From assembly GCA_964016885.1 (NCBI GenBank), contig OZ024752.1, positions 34,472,001 through 34,536,000 of the forward strand: a stretch of DNA of 64,000 nucleotides, written 5' to 3'. Under the pieces are notes generated by a model. That model searched no databases. It had not been told where the DNA came from and saw only the letters and a program-made list of their open reading frames with translations. Positions 36,901 through 51,900 of this stretch are shown in pieces; within the stretch, counting starts at the first letter, position 1, and every line of letters begins with the position of its first letter. The position numbers and the translations under genes were made by a program. Origin of the DNA: Eledone cirrhosa (taxonomy: Eukaryota).

Positions 36901-39900
36901 TGGTAAGACAGAGAGAACATGCACAGTGTTACTGAGAAGGGGCAATGGTAAGACAGAGGGAACATGCACAGGGTTACTGAGAAAGGGAAATGGTAAGACA
37001 GAGAGAACATGCACAGGGTTACTGAGAAGGGGCAATGGTAAGACAGAGAGAACAGGCACAGGGTTACTGAGAAGGGGCAATGGTAAGACAGAGAGAACAT
37101 GCACAGGGTTACTGAGAAAGGGCAATGGTAAGACAGAGAGAACATGCACAGGGTTACTGAGAAGGGGCAATGGTAAGACAGAGAGAACATGCACAGGGTT
37201 ACTGAGAAGGGGCAATGGTAAGACAGAGAGAACATGCACAGGGTTACTGAGAAAGGGCAATGGTAAGACAGAGAGAACATGCACAGGGTTACTGAGAAAG
37301 GGCAATGATAAGACAGAGAGAACATGTACAGGGTTACTGAGAAGGGGCAATGGTAAGACAGAGAGAACATGCACAGGGTTACTGAGAAAGGGCAATGGTA
37401 AGACGGAGAGAACATGCACAGGGTTACTGAGAAGGGGCAATGGTGAGACAGAGAGAACATGCACAGGGTTACTGAGAAGGGGCAATGATAAGACAGAGAG
37501 AACATGCACAGGGTTACTGAGAAAGGGCAATGGTAAGACAGAGAGAACATGCACAGGGTTACTGAGAAGGGACAATGGTAAGACAGAGAGAACATGCACA
37601 GTGGTACTGAGAAGGGGCAATGGTAAGACAGAGAGAACATGCACAGGGTTACTGAGAAAAGGCAATGGTAAGACAGAGAGAACATGCACAGTGTTACTGA
37701 GAAGGGGCAATGGTAAGACAGAGAGAACATGCACAGGGTTACGGAGTAGGGGCAATGGTAGACAGAGAGAACATGCACAGTGTTACTGAGAAGGGGAAAT
37801 GGTAAGACAGAGAGAACATGCACAGGGTTACTGAGAAGGGGCAATGGTAAGACAAAGAGAACATGCACAGGGTTACTGAGAAGGGGCAATGGTAAGACAG
37901 AGAGAACATGTACAGGGTTACTGAGAAGGGGCAATGGTAAGACAGAGAGAACATGCACAGGGTTACTGAGAAGGGGCAATGGTAAGACAGAGAGAACATG
38001 CACAGGGTTACGGAGAAGGGGCAATGGTAGACAGAGAGAACATGCACAGGGTTACTGAGAAGGGGCAATGGTAAGACAGAGAGAACATGCACAGTGTTAC
38101 TGAGAAGGGGAAATAGTAAGACAGAGAGAACATGCACAGGGTTACTGAGAAGAGGCAATGGTAAGACAGAGAGAACATGCACAGGGTTACTGAGAAGGGG
38201 TAATGGTAAGACAGAGAGAACATGCACAGGGTTACTGAGAAAGGGCAATGGTAAGACAGAGAGAACATGCACAGGGTTACTGAGAAGAGGCAATGGTAAG
38301 ACAGAGAGAACATGCACAGGGTTACTGAGAAGGGGCAATGGTAAGACAGAGAGAACATGCACAGGGTAACTGAGAAGAGGAAATTGTAAGACAGAGAGAA
38401 CATGCACAGGGTTACTGAGAAGGGGCAATGGTAAGACAGAGAGAACATGCACAGGGTTACTGAGAAGAGGTAATGGTAAGACAGAGAGAACATGCACAGG
38501 GTTACTGAGAAAAGGCAATGGTAAGACAGAGAGAACATGCACAGTGTTACTGAGAAGGGGCAATGGTAAGACAGAGAGAACATGCACAGGGTTACTGAGA
38601 AAAGGCAATGGTAAGACAGAGAGAACATGCACAGGGTTACTGAGAAAGGGCAATGGTAAGACAGAGAGAACATGCACAGGGTTACTGAGAAAGGTCAATG
38701 GTAAGACAGAGAGAACATGCACAGGGTTACTGAGAAGGGGCAATGGTAAGACAGAGAGAACATGTACAGTGTTACTGAGAAGGGGCAATGGTAAGACAGA
38801 GAGAACATGCACAGGGTTACTGAGAAGGGGAAATGGTAAGACAGAGAGAACATGCACAGGGTTACTGAGAAGGGGCAATGGTAAGACAGAGAGAACAGGC
38901 ACAGGGTTACTGAGAAGGGGCAATGGTAAGACAGAGAGAACATGCACAGGGTTACTGAGAAGGGGCAATGGTAAGACAGAGAGAACATGCACAGGGTTAC
39001 TGAGAAGGGGCAATGGTAAGACAGAGAGAACATGCACAGGGTTACTGAGAAGGGGCAATGGTAAGACAGAGAGAACATGCACAGGGTTACTGAGAAGGGG
39101 CAATGGTAAGACAGAGAGAACATGCACAGGGTTACTGAGAAGGGGCAATGGTAAGACAGAGAGAACATGCACAGGGTTACTGAGAAGGGGCAATGGTAAG
39201 ACAGAGAGAACATGTACAGTGTTACTGAGAAGGGGCAATGGTAAGACAGAGAGAATATGCACAGTGTTACTGAGAAGGGGCAATGGTAAGACAGAGAGAA
39301 CATGCACAGTGGTACTGAGAAGGGGCAATGGTAAGACAAAGAGAACATGCACAGGGTTACTGAGAAAGGGAAATGGTAAGACAGAGAGAACATGCACAGT
39401 GTTACTGAGAAGGGGCAATGGTAAGACAGAGGGAACATGCACAGGGTTACTGAGAAAGGGAAATGGTAAGACAGAGAGAACATGCACAGGGTTACTGAGA
39501 AGGGGCAATGGTAAGACAGAGAGAAAAGGCACAGGGTTACTGAGAAGGGGCAATGGTAAGACAGAGAGAACATGCACAGGGTTACTGAGAAGGGGCAATG
39601 GTAAGACAGAGAGAACATGCACAGGGTTACTGAGAAAGGGAAATGGTAAGACAGAGAGAACATGCACAGGGTTACTGAGAAGGGGCAATGGTAAGACAGA
39701 GAGAACATGCACAGGGTTACTGAGAAAGGGCAATGGTAAGACAGAGAGAACATGCACAGGGTTACTGAGAAGGGGAAATGGTAAGACAGAGAGAACATGC
39801 ACAGGGTTACTGATAAAGGGAAATGGTAAGACAGAGAGAACATGCACAGGGTTACTGAGAAGGGGCAATGGTAAGACAGACAGAACATGCACAGTGGTAC

Positions 39901-42900
39901 TGAGAAGGGGCAATGGTAAGACAGAGAGAACATGTAAGGGTTACTGAGAAGGGGCAATGGTAAGACAGAGAGAACATGAACAGGGTTACTGAGAAGGGGC
40001 AATGGTAAGACAGAGAGAACATGTAAGGGTTACTGAGAAGGGGCAATGGTAAGAGAGAGAGAACATGCACAGGGTTACTGAGAAGGGGCAATGGTAAGAC
40101 AGAGAGAACATGCACAGGGTTACTGAGAAGGGGCAATGGTAAGACAGAGAGAACATGTACAGGGTTACTGAGAAGGGGCAATGGTAAGACAGAGAGAACA
40201 TGCACAGGGTTACTGAGAAGGGGCAATGGTAAGAGAGAGAGAACATGCACAGGGTTACTGAGAAGGGGCAATGGTAAGACAGAGAGAACATGCACAGGGT
40301 TACTGAGAAGGGGCAATGGTAAGACAGAGAGAACATGCACAATGTTACTGAGAAAGGGCAATGGTAAGACAGAGAGAACATGCACAGGGTTACTGAGAAG
40401 GGGCAATGGTGAGACAGAGAGAACATGCACAGGGTTACTGAGAAGGGGCAATGATAAGACAGAGAGAACATGCACAGGGTTACTGAGAAAGGGCAATGGT
40501 AAGACAGAGAGAACATGCACAGGGTTACTGAGAAGGGGCAATGGTAAGACAGAGAGAACATGCACAGGGTTACTGAGAAGGGGCAATGGTAAGACAGAGA
40601 GAACATGCTCAGGGTCACTGAGAAAGGGCAATGGTAAGACAGAGAGAACATGCACAGGGTTACTGAGAAAGGGCAATGATAAGACAGAGAGAACATGTAC
40701 AGGGTTACTGAGAAGGGGCAATGGTAAGAGAGAGAGAACATGCACAGGGTTACTGAGAAAGGGCAATGGTAAGACGGAGAGAACATCCACAGGGTTACTG
40801 AGAAGGGGAATGGTAAGACAGAGAGAACATGTACAGGGTTACTGAGAAGGGGCAATGGTAAGACAGAGAGAACATGCACAGGGTTACTGAGAAGGGGCAA
40901 TGGTGAGACAGAGAGAACATGCACAGGGTTACTGAGAAGGGACAATGGTAAGACAGCGAGAACATGCACAGGGTTACTGAGAAAGGGCAATGGTAAGACA
41001 GAGAGAACATGTACAGGGTTACTGAGAAGGGGCAATGGTAAGACAGAGAGAACATGTACAGGGTTACTGAGAAGGGGCAATGATAAGACAGAGAGAACAT
41101 GCACAGGGTTACTGAGAAGGGGGCAATGGTAAGACAGAGAGAACATGCACAGGGTTACTGAGAAAGGGCAATGGTAAGACAGAGAGAACATGCACACGGT
41201 TACTGAGAAAGGGCAATGGTAAGACAGAGAGAACATGCACAGGGTTACTGAGAAGGGGCAATGGTAAGACAGAGAGAACATGCACAGGGTTACTGAGAAG
41301 AGGCAATGGTAAGACAGAGAGAACATGCACAGGGTTACTGAGAAAGGGAAATGGTAAGACAGAGAGAACATGTACAGGGTTACTGAGAAGGGGCAATGGT
41401 AAGACAGAGAGAACATGTACAGGGTTACTGAGAAGGGGCAATGATAAGACAGAGAGAACATGCACAGGGTTACTGAGAAGGGGGCAATGGTAAGACAGAG
41501 AGAACATGCACAGGGTTACTGAGAAAGGGCAATGGTAAGACAGAGAGAACATGCACAGGGTTACTGAGAAAGGGCAATGGTAAGACAGAGAGAACATGCA
41601 CAGGGTTACTGAGAAGGGGCAATGGTAAGACAGAGAGAACATGCACAGGGTTACTGAGAAGGGGCAATGGTAAGACAGAGAGAACATGCACAGGGTTACT
41701 GAGAAAGGGCAATGGTAAGACAGAGAGAACATGCACAGGGTTACTGAGAAGGGGCAATGGTAAGACAGAGAGAACATGCACAGGGTTACTGAGAAAGGGC
41801 AATGGTAAGACAGAGAGAACATGCACAGGGTTACTGAGAAGGGGCAATGGTAAGACAGAGAGAACATGCACAGTGTTACTGAGAAGGGGCAATGGAAAGA
41901 CATAGAGAACATGCACAGGGTTACTGAGAAGGGGCAATGGTGGGACAGAGAGAACATGTACAGGGTTACTGAGAATGGGCAATGGTAAGACAGAGAGAAC
42001 ATGCACAGGGTTACTGAGAAGGGGCAATGGTAAGACAGAGAGAACATGCACAGGGTTACTGAGAAGAGGCAATGGTGAGACAGAGAGAACATGCACAGGG
42101 TTACTGAGAAAGGGCAATGATAAGACAGAGAGAATATGTACAGGGTTACTGAGAAGGGGCAATGGTAAGACAGAGAGAACATGCACAGGGTTACTGAGAA
42201 GGGGCAATGGTAAGACAGAGAGAACATGCACAGGGTTACTGAGAAGGGGCAACGGTAAGACAGAGAGAACATGTACAGGGTTACTGAGAAAGGGCAATGG
42301 TAAGACAGAGAGAACATGCACAGGGTTACTGAGAAGGGGCAATGGTGAGACAGAGAGAACATGCACAGGGTTACTGAGAAAGGGCAATGGTAAGACAGAG
42401 AGAACATGTACAGGGTTACTGAGAAGGGGCAATGGTAAGACAGAGAGAACATGCACAATGTTACTGAGAAAGGGCAATGGTAAGACAGAGAGAACATGCA
42501 CAGGGTTACTGAGAAGGGGCAATGGTGAGACAGAGAGAACATGCACAGGGTTACTGAGAAGGGGCAATGATAAGACAGAGAGAACATGCACAGGGTTACT
42601 GAGAAAGGGCAATGGTAAGACAGAGAGAACATGCACAGGGTTACTGAGAAGGGGCAATGGTAAGACAGAGAGAACATGCACAGGGTTACTGAGAAGGGGC
42701 AATGGTAAGACAGAGAGAACATGCACAGGGTTACTGAGAAACGGCAATGGTAAGACAGAGAGAACATGCACAGGGTTACTGAGAAAGGGCAATGATAAGA
42801 CAGAGAGAACATGTACAGGGTTACTGAGAAGGGGCAATGGTAAGACAGAGAGAACATGCACAGGGTTACTGAGAAAGGGCAATGATAAGACAGAGAGAAC

Positions 42901-45900
42901 ATGTACAGGGTTACTGAGAAAGGGCAATGATAAGACAGAGAGAACATGTACAGGGTTACTGAGAAGGGGCAATGGTAAGACAGAGAGAACATGCACAGGG
43001 TTACTGAGAAAGGGCAATGGTAAGACGGAGAGAACATGCACAGGGTTACTGAGAAGGGGCAATGGTGAGACAGAGAGAACATGCACAGGGTTACTGAGAA
43101 GGGGCAATGATAAGACAGAGAGAACATGCACAGGGTTACTGAGAAAGGGCAATGGTAAGACAGAGAGAACATGCACAGGGTTACTGAGAAGGGACAATGG
43201 TAAGACAGAGAGAACATGCACAGGGTTACTGAGAAGGGGCAATGGTAAGACAGAGAGAACATGTACAGGGTTACTGAGAAGGGGCAATGGTAAGACAGAG
43301 AGAACATGTACAGGGTTACTGAGAAGGGGCAATGATAAGACAGAGAGAACATGCACAGGGTTACTGAGAAGGGGGCAATGGTAAGACAGAGAGAACATGC
43401 ACAGGGTTACTGAGAAAGGGCAATGGTAAGACAGAGAGAACATGCACAGGGTTACTGAGAAGGGGCAATGGTAAGACAGAGAGAACATGTACAGGGTTAC
43501 TGAGAAGGGGCAATGGTAAGACAGAGAGAACATGTACAGGGTTACTGAGAAGGGGCAATGATAAGACAGAGAGAACATGCACAGGGTTACTGAGAAGGGG
43601 GCAATGGTAAGACAGAGAGAACATGCACAGGGTTACTGAGAAAGGGCAATGGTAAGACAGAGAGAACATGCACAGGGTTACTGAGAAGGGGCAATGGTAA
43701 GACAGAGAGAACATGCACAGGGTTACTGAGAAGGGGCAATGGTAAGACAGAGAGAACATGTACAGGGTTACTGAGAAGGGGCAATGGTAAGACAGAGAGA
43801 ACATGCACAGGGTTACTGAGAAGGGGCAATGGTAAGACAGAGAGAACATGCACAGGGTTACGGAGAAGGGGCAATGGTAGACAGAGAGAACATGCACAGT
43901 GTTACTGAGAAGGGGAAATAGTAAGACAGAGAGAACATGCACTGGGTTACTGAGAAGGGGCAATGGTAAGACAGAGAGAACATGCACAGGGTTACTGAGA
44001 AGGGGCAATGGTAAGACAGAGAGAACATGCACAGTGTTACTGAGAAGGGGAAATAGTAAGACAGAGAGAACATGCACAGGGTTACTGAGAAGGGGAAATA
44101 GTAAGACAGAGAGAACATGCACAGGGTTACTGAGAAGAGGCAATGGTAAGACAGAGAGAACATGCACAGGGTTACTGAGAAGAGGCAATGGTAAGACAGA
44201 GAGAACATGCACAGTGTTACTGAGAAGGGGAAATAGTAAGACAGAGAGAACATGCACAGGGTTACTGAGAAGAGGCAATGGTAAGACAGAGAGAACATGC
44301 ACAGGGTTACTGACAAGGGGCAATGGTAAGACAGAGAGAACATGCACAGGGTTACTGAGAAGAGGTAATGGTAAGACAGAGAGAACATGCACAGGGTTAC
44401 TGAGAAAGGGCAATGGTAAGACAGAGAGAACATGCACAGGGTTACTGAGAAGAGGTAATGGTAAGACAGAGAGAACATGCACAGGGTTACTGAGAAGAGG
44501 CAATGGTAAGACAGAGAGAACATGCACAGGGTTACTGAGAAGGGGCAATGGTAAGACAGAGAGAACATGCACAGGGTAACTGAGAAGAGGCAATGGTAAG
44601 ACAGAGAGAACATGCACAGGGTTACTGAGAAGGGGCAATGGTAAGACAGAGAGAACATGCACAGGGTAACTGAGAAGAGGCAATGGTAAGACAGAGAGAA
44701 CATGCACAGTGGTACTGAGAAGGGGCAATGGTAAGACAGAGAGAACATGCACAGGGTTACTGAGAAAAGGCAATGGTAAGACAGAGAGAACATGCACAGT
44801 GTAACTGAGAAGGGGCAATGGTAAGACAGAGAGAACATGCACAGGGTTACGGAGTAGGGGCAATGGTAGACAGAGAGAACATGCACAGTGTTACTGAGAA
44901 GGGGAAATAGTAAGACAGAGAGAACATGCACTGGGTTACTGAGAAGGGGCAATGGTAAGACAGAGAGAACATGCACAGGGTTACTGAGAAGGGGCAATGG
45001 TAAGACAGAGAGAACATGCACAGTGTTACTGAGAAGGGGAAATAGTAAGACAGAGAGAACATGCACAGGGTTACTGAGAAGAGGCAATGGTAAGACAGAG
45101 AGAACATGCACAGGGTTACTGAGAAGAGGCAATGGTAAGACAGAGAGAACATGCACAGTGTTACTGAGAAGGGGAAATAGTAAGACAGAGAGAACATGCA
45201 CAGGGTTACTGAGAAGAGGCAATGGTAAGACAGAGAGAACATGCACAGGGTTACTGACAAGGGGCAATGGTAAGACAGAGAGAACATGCACAGGGTTACT
45301 GAGAAGAGGTAATGGTAAGACAGAGAGAACATGCACAGGGTTACTGAGAAACGGCAATGGTAAGACAGAGAGAACATGCACAGGGTTACTGAGAAGAGGT
45401 AATGGTAAGACAGAGAGAACATGCACAGGGTTACTGAGAAGAGGCAATGGTAAGACAGAGAGAACATGCACAGGGTTACTGAGAAGGGGCAATGGTAAGA
45501 CAGAGAGAACATGCACAGGGTAACTGAGAAGAGGCAATGGTAAGACAGAGAGAACATGCACAGGGTTACTGAGAAGGGGCAATGGTAAGACAGAGAGAAC
45601 ATGCACAGGGTAACTGAGAAGAGGCAATGGTAAGACAGAGAGAACATGCACAGTGTTACTGAAAAGGGGCAATGGTAAGACAGAGAGAACATGCACAGGG
45701 TTACTGAGAAAGGTCAATGGTAAGACAGAGAGAACATGCACAGGGTTACTGAGAAGGGGCAATGGTAAGACAGAGAGAACATGTACAGTGTTACTGAGAA
45801 GGGGCAATGGTAAGACAGAGAGAATATGCACAGTGTTACTGAGAAGGGGCAATGGTAAGACAGAGAGAACATGCACAGTGGTACTGAGAAGGGACAATGG

Positions 45901-48900
45901 TAAGACAAAGAGAACATGCACAGGGTTACTGAGAAAAGGCAATGGTAAGACAGAGAGAACATGCACAGTGTTACTGAGAAGGGGCAATGGTAAGACAGAG
46001 AGAACATGCACAGGGTTACTGAGAAGGGGAAATGGTAAGACAGAGAGAACATGCACAGGGTTACTGAGAAGGGGCAATGGTAAGACAGAGAGAACAGGCA
46101 CAGGGTTACTGAGAAGGGGCAATGGTAAGACAGAGAGAACATGCACAGGGTTACTGAGAAGGGGCAATGGTAAGACAGAGAGAACATGCACAGAGGTACT
46201 GAGAAGGGGCAATGGTAAGACAGAGAGAACATGCACAGTGTTACTGAGAAGGGGCAATGGTAAGACAGAGAGAACATGCACAGGGTTACTGAGAAGGGGC
46301 AATGGTAAGACAGAGAGAACATGCACAGGGTTACTGAGAAAGGGAAATAGTAAGACAGAGAGAACATGCACAGGGTTACTGAGAAGGGGAAATGGTAAGA
46401 CAGAGAGAACATGCACAGGGTTACTGAGAAGGGGCAATGGTAAGACAGAGAGAACAGGCACAGGGTTACTGAGAAGGGGCAATGGTAAGACAGAGAGAAC
46501 ATGCACAGGGTTACTGAGAAGGGGCAATGGTAAGACAGAGAGAACATGCACAGGGTTACTGAGAAAGGGAAATGGTAAGACAGAGAGAACATGCACAGTG
46601 TTACTGAGAAGGGGCAATGGTAAGACAGAGGGAACATGCACAGGGTTACTGAGAAAGGGAAATGGTAAGACAGAGAGAACATGCACAGGGTTACTGAGAA
46701 GGGGCAATGGTAAGACAGAGAGAACAGGCACAGGGTTACTGAGAAGGGGCAATGGTAAGACAGAGAGAACATGCACAGGGTTACTGAGAAAGGGCAATGG
46801 TAAGACAGAGAGAACATGCACAGGGTTACTGAGAAGGGGCAATGGTAAGACAGAGAGAACATGCACAGGGTTACTGAGAAGGGGCAATGGTAAGACAGAG
46901 AGAACATGCACAGGGTTACTGAGAAAGGGCAATGGTAAGACAGAGAGAACATGCACAGGGTTACTGAGAAAGGGCAATGATAAGACAGAGAGAACATGTA
47001 CAGGGTTACTGAGAAGGGGCAATGGTAAGACAGAGAGAACATGCACAGGGTTACTGAGAAAGGGCAATGGTAAGACGGAGAGAACATGCACAGGGTTACT
47101 GAGAAGGGGCAATGGTGAGACAGAGAGAACATGCACAGGTTTACTGAGAAGGGGCAATGATAAGACAGAGAGAACATGCACAGGGTTACTGAGAAAGGGC
47201 AATGGTAAGACAGAGAGAACATGCACAGGGTTACTGAGAAGGGACAATGGTAAGACAGAGAGAACATGCACAGGGTTACTGAGAAGGGGCAATGGTAAGA
47301 CAGAGAGAACATGTACAGGGTTACTGAGAAGGGGCAATGGTAAGACAGATAGAACATGTACTGGGTTACTGAGAAGGGGCAATGATAAGACAGAGAGAAC
47401 ATGCACAGGGTTACTGAGAAGGGGGCAATGGTAAGACAGAGAGAACATGCACAGGTTTACTGAGAAAGGGCAATGGTAAGACAGAGAGAACATGCACAGG
47501 GTTACTGAGAAAGGGCAATGGTAAGACAGAGGGAACATGCACAGGGTTACTGAGAAGGGGCAATGGTAAGACAGAGAGAACATGCACAGGGTTACTGAGA
47601 AGGGGCAATGGTAAGACAGAGAGAACATGCACAGGGTTACTGAGAAGGGGCAATGGTAAGACAGAGAGAACATGTACAGGGTTACTGAGAAGGGGCAATG
47701 GTAAGACAGAGAGAACATGCACAGGGTTACTGAGAAGGGGCAATGGTAAGACAGAGAGAACATGCACAGGGTTACGGAGAAGGGGCAATGGTAGACAGAG
47801 AGAACATGCACAGGGTTACTGAGAAGGGGCAATGGTAAGACAGAGAGAACATGCACAGTGTTACTGAGAAGGGGAAATAGTAAGACAGAGAGAACATGCA
47901 CAGGGTTACTGAGAAGAGGCAATGGTAAGACAGAGAGAACATGCACAGGGTTACTGAGAAGGGGTAATGGTAAGACAGAGAGAACATGCACAGGGTTACT
48001 GAGAAAGGGCAATGGTAAGACAGAGAGAACATGCACAGGGTTACTGAGAAGAGGCAATGGTAAGACAGAGAGAACATGCACAGGGTTACTGAGAAGAGGC
48101 AATGGTAAGACAGAGAGAACATGCACAGGGTTACTGAGAAGGGGCAATGGTAAGACAGAGAGAACATGCACAGGGTAACTGAGAAGAGGCAATGGTAAGA
48201 CAGAGAGAACATGCACAGGGTTACTGAGAAGGGGCAATGGTAAGACAGAGAGAACATGCACAGGGTTACTGAGAAGAGGTAATGGTAAGACAGAGAGAAC
48301 ATGCACAGGGTTACTGAGAAAAGGCAATGGTAAGACAGAGAGAACATGCACAGTGTTACTGAGAAGGGGCAATGGTAAGACAGAGAGAACATGCACAGGG
48401 TTACTGAGAAAAGGCAATGGTAAGACAGAGAGAACATGCACAGGGTTACTGAGAAAGGGCAATGGTAAGACAGAGAGAACATGCACAGGGTTACTGAGAA
48501 AGGTCAATGGTAAGACAGAGAGAACATGCACAGGGTTACTGAGAAGGGGCAATGGTAAGACAGAGAGAACATGTACAGTGTTACTGAGAAGGGGCAATGG
48601 TAAGACAGAGAGAACATGCACAGGGTTACTGAGAAGGGGAAATGGTAAGACAGAGAGAACATGCACAGGGTTACTGAGAAGGGGCAATGGTAAGACAGAG
48701 AGAACAGGCACAGGGTTACTGAGAAGGGGCAATGGTAAGACAGAGAGAACATGCACAGGGTTACTGAGAAGGGGCAATGGTAAGACAGAGAGAACATGCA
48801 CAGGGTTACTGAGAAGGGGCAATGGTAAGACAGAGAGAACATGCACAGGGTTACTGAGAAGGGGCAATGGTAAGACAGAGAGAACATGCACAGGGTTACT

Positions 48901-51900
48901 GAGAAGGGGCAATGGTAAGACAGAGAGAACATGCACAGGGTTACTGAGAAGGGGCAATGGTAAGACAGAGAGAACATGCACAGGGTTACTGAGAAGGGGC
49001 AATGGTAAGACAGAGAGAACATGTACAGTGTTACTGAGAAGGGGCAATGGTAAGACAGAGAGAATATGCACAGTGTTACTGAGAAGGGGCAATGGTAAGA
49101 CAGAGAGAACATGCACAGTGGTACTGAGAAGGGGCAATGGTAAGACAAAGAGAACATGCACAGGGTTACTGAGAAAGGGAAATGGTAAGACAGAGAGAAC
49201 ATGCACAGTGTTACTGAGAAGGGGCAATGGTAAGACAGAGGGAACATGCACAGGGTTACTGAGAAAGGGAAATGGTAAGACAGAGAGAACATGCACAGGG
49301 TTACTGAGAAGGGGCAATGGTAAGACAGAGAGAACAGGCACGGGGTTACTGAGAAGGGGCAATGGTAAGACAGAGAGAACATGCACAGGGTTACTGAGAA
49401 GGGGCAATGGTAAGACAGAGAGAACATGCACAGGGTTACTGAGAAAGGGAAATGGTAAGACAGAGAGAACATGCACAGGGTTACTGAGAAGGGGCAATGG
49501 TAAGACAGAGAGAACATGCACAGGGTTACTGAGAAAGGGCAATGGTAAGACAGAGAGAACATGCACAGGGTTACTGAGAAGGGGAAATGGTAAGACAGAG
49601 AGAACATGCACAGGGTTACTGATAAAGGGAAATGGTAAGACAGAGAGAACATGCACAGGGTTACTGAGAAGGGGCAATGGTAAGACAGACAGAACATGCA
49701 CAGTGGTACTGAGAAGGGGCAATGGTAAGACAGAGAGAACATGTAAGGGTTACTGAGAAGGGGCAATGGTAAGACAGAGAGAACATGAACAGGGTTACTG
49801 AGAAGGGGCAATGGTAAGACAGAGAGAACATGTAAGGGTTACTGAGAAGGGGCAATGGTAAGAGAGAGAGAACATGCACAGGGTTACTGAGAAGGGGCAA
49901 TGGTAAGACAGAGAGAACATGCACAGGGTTACTGAGAAGGGGCAATGGTAAGACAGAGAGAACATGTACAGGGTTACTGAGAAGGGGCAATGGTAAGACA
50001 GAGAGAACATGCACAGGGTTACTGAGAAGGGGCAATGGTAAGAGAGAGAGAACATGCACAGGGTTACTGAGAAGGGGCAATGGTAAGACAGAGAGAACAT
50101 GTACAGGGTTACTGAGAAGGGGCAATGGTAAGACAGAGAGAACATGCACAGGGTTACTGAGAAAGGGCAATGGTAAGACAGAGAGAACATGCACAGTGTT
50201 ACTGAGAAGGGGCAATGGTAAGACAGAGAGAACATGCACAGTGTTACTGAGAAGGGGCAATGGTAAGACAGAGAGAACATGCACAGTGTTACTGAGAAGG
50301 GGCAATGGTAAGACAGAGAGAACATGCACAGGGTTACTGAGAAGGGGCAATGGTAAGACAGAGAGAACATGCACAGGGTTACTGAGAAAGGGCAATGGTA
50401 AGACAGAGAGAACATGCACAGGGTTACTGAGAAGGGGCAATGGTAAGACAGAGAGAACATGCACAGGGTTACTGAGAAGGGGCAATGGTAAGACAGAGAG
50501 AACATGCACAGGGTTACTGAGAAGGGGCAATGGTAAGACAGAGAGAACATGCACAGGGTTACTGAGAAGGGGCAATGGTAAGACAGAGAGAACATGTACA
50601 GTGTTACTGAGAAGGGGCAATGGTAAGACAGAGAGAATATGCACAGTGTTACTGAGAAGAGGCAATGGTAAGACAGAGAGAACATGCACAGTGGTACTGA
50701 GAAGGGGCAATGGTAAGACAAAGAGAACATGCACAGGGTTACTGAGAAAAGGCAATGGTAAGACAGAGAGAACATGCACAGGGTTACTGAGAAGGGGCAA
50801 TGGTAAGACAGAGAGAACATGTACAGTGTTACTGAGAAGGGGCAATGGTAAGACAGAGAGAATATGCACAGTGTTACTGAGAAGGGGCAATGGTAAGACA
50901 GAGAGAACATGCACAGTGGTACTGAGAAGGGGCAATGGTAAGACAAAGAGAACATGCACAGGGTTACTGAGAAGGGGCAATGGTAAGACAGAGAGAACAT
51001 GCACAGTGTTACTGAGAAGGGGCAATGGTAAGACAGAGAGAACATGCACAGGGTTACTGAGAAGGGGCAATGGTAAGACAGAGAGAACATGCACAGGGTT
51101 ACTGAGAAAGGGAAATAGTAAGACAGAGAGAACATGCACAGGGTTACTGAGAAGGGGAAATGGAAAGACAGAGAGAACATGCACAGGGTTACTGAGAAGG
51201 GGCAATGGTAAGACAGAGAGAACAGGCACAGGGTTACTGAGAAGGGGCAATGGTAAGACAGAGAGAACATGCACAGGGTTACTGAGAAGGGGCAATGGTA
51301 AGACAGAGAGAACATGCACAGGGTTACTGAGAAAGGGAAATGGTAAGACAGAGAGAACATGCACAGGGTTACTGAGAAGGGGCAATGGTAAGACAGAGAG
51401 AACATGCACAGGGTTACTGAGAAGGGAAATGGTAAGACAGAGAGAACATGCACAGGGTTACTGAGAAGGGGCAATGGTAAGACAGAGAGAACATGTACAG
51501 GGTTACTGAGAAGGGGCAATGGTAAGACAGAGAGAACATGCACAATGTTACTGAGAAAGGGCAATGGTAAGACAGAGAGAACATGCACAGGGTTACTGAG
51601 AAGGGGCAATGGTGAGACAGAGAGAACATGCACAGTGTTACTGAGAAGGGGCAATGATAAGACAGAGAGAACATGCACAGGGTTACTGAGAAAGGGCAAT
51701 GGTAAGACAGAGAGAACATGCACAGGGTTACTGAGAAGGGGCAATGGTAAGACAGAGAGAACATGCACAGGGTTACTGAGAAGGGGCAATGGTAAGACAG
51801 AAAGAACATGCACAGGGTTACTGAGAAAGGGCAATGGTAAGACAGAGAGAACATGCACAGGGTTACTGAGAAAGGGCAATGATAAGACAGAGAGAACATG

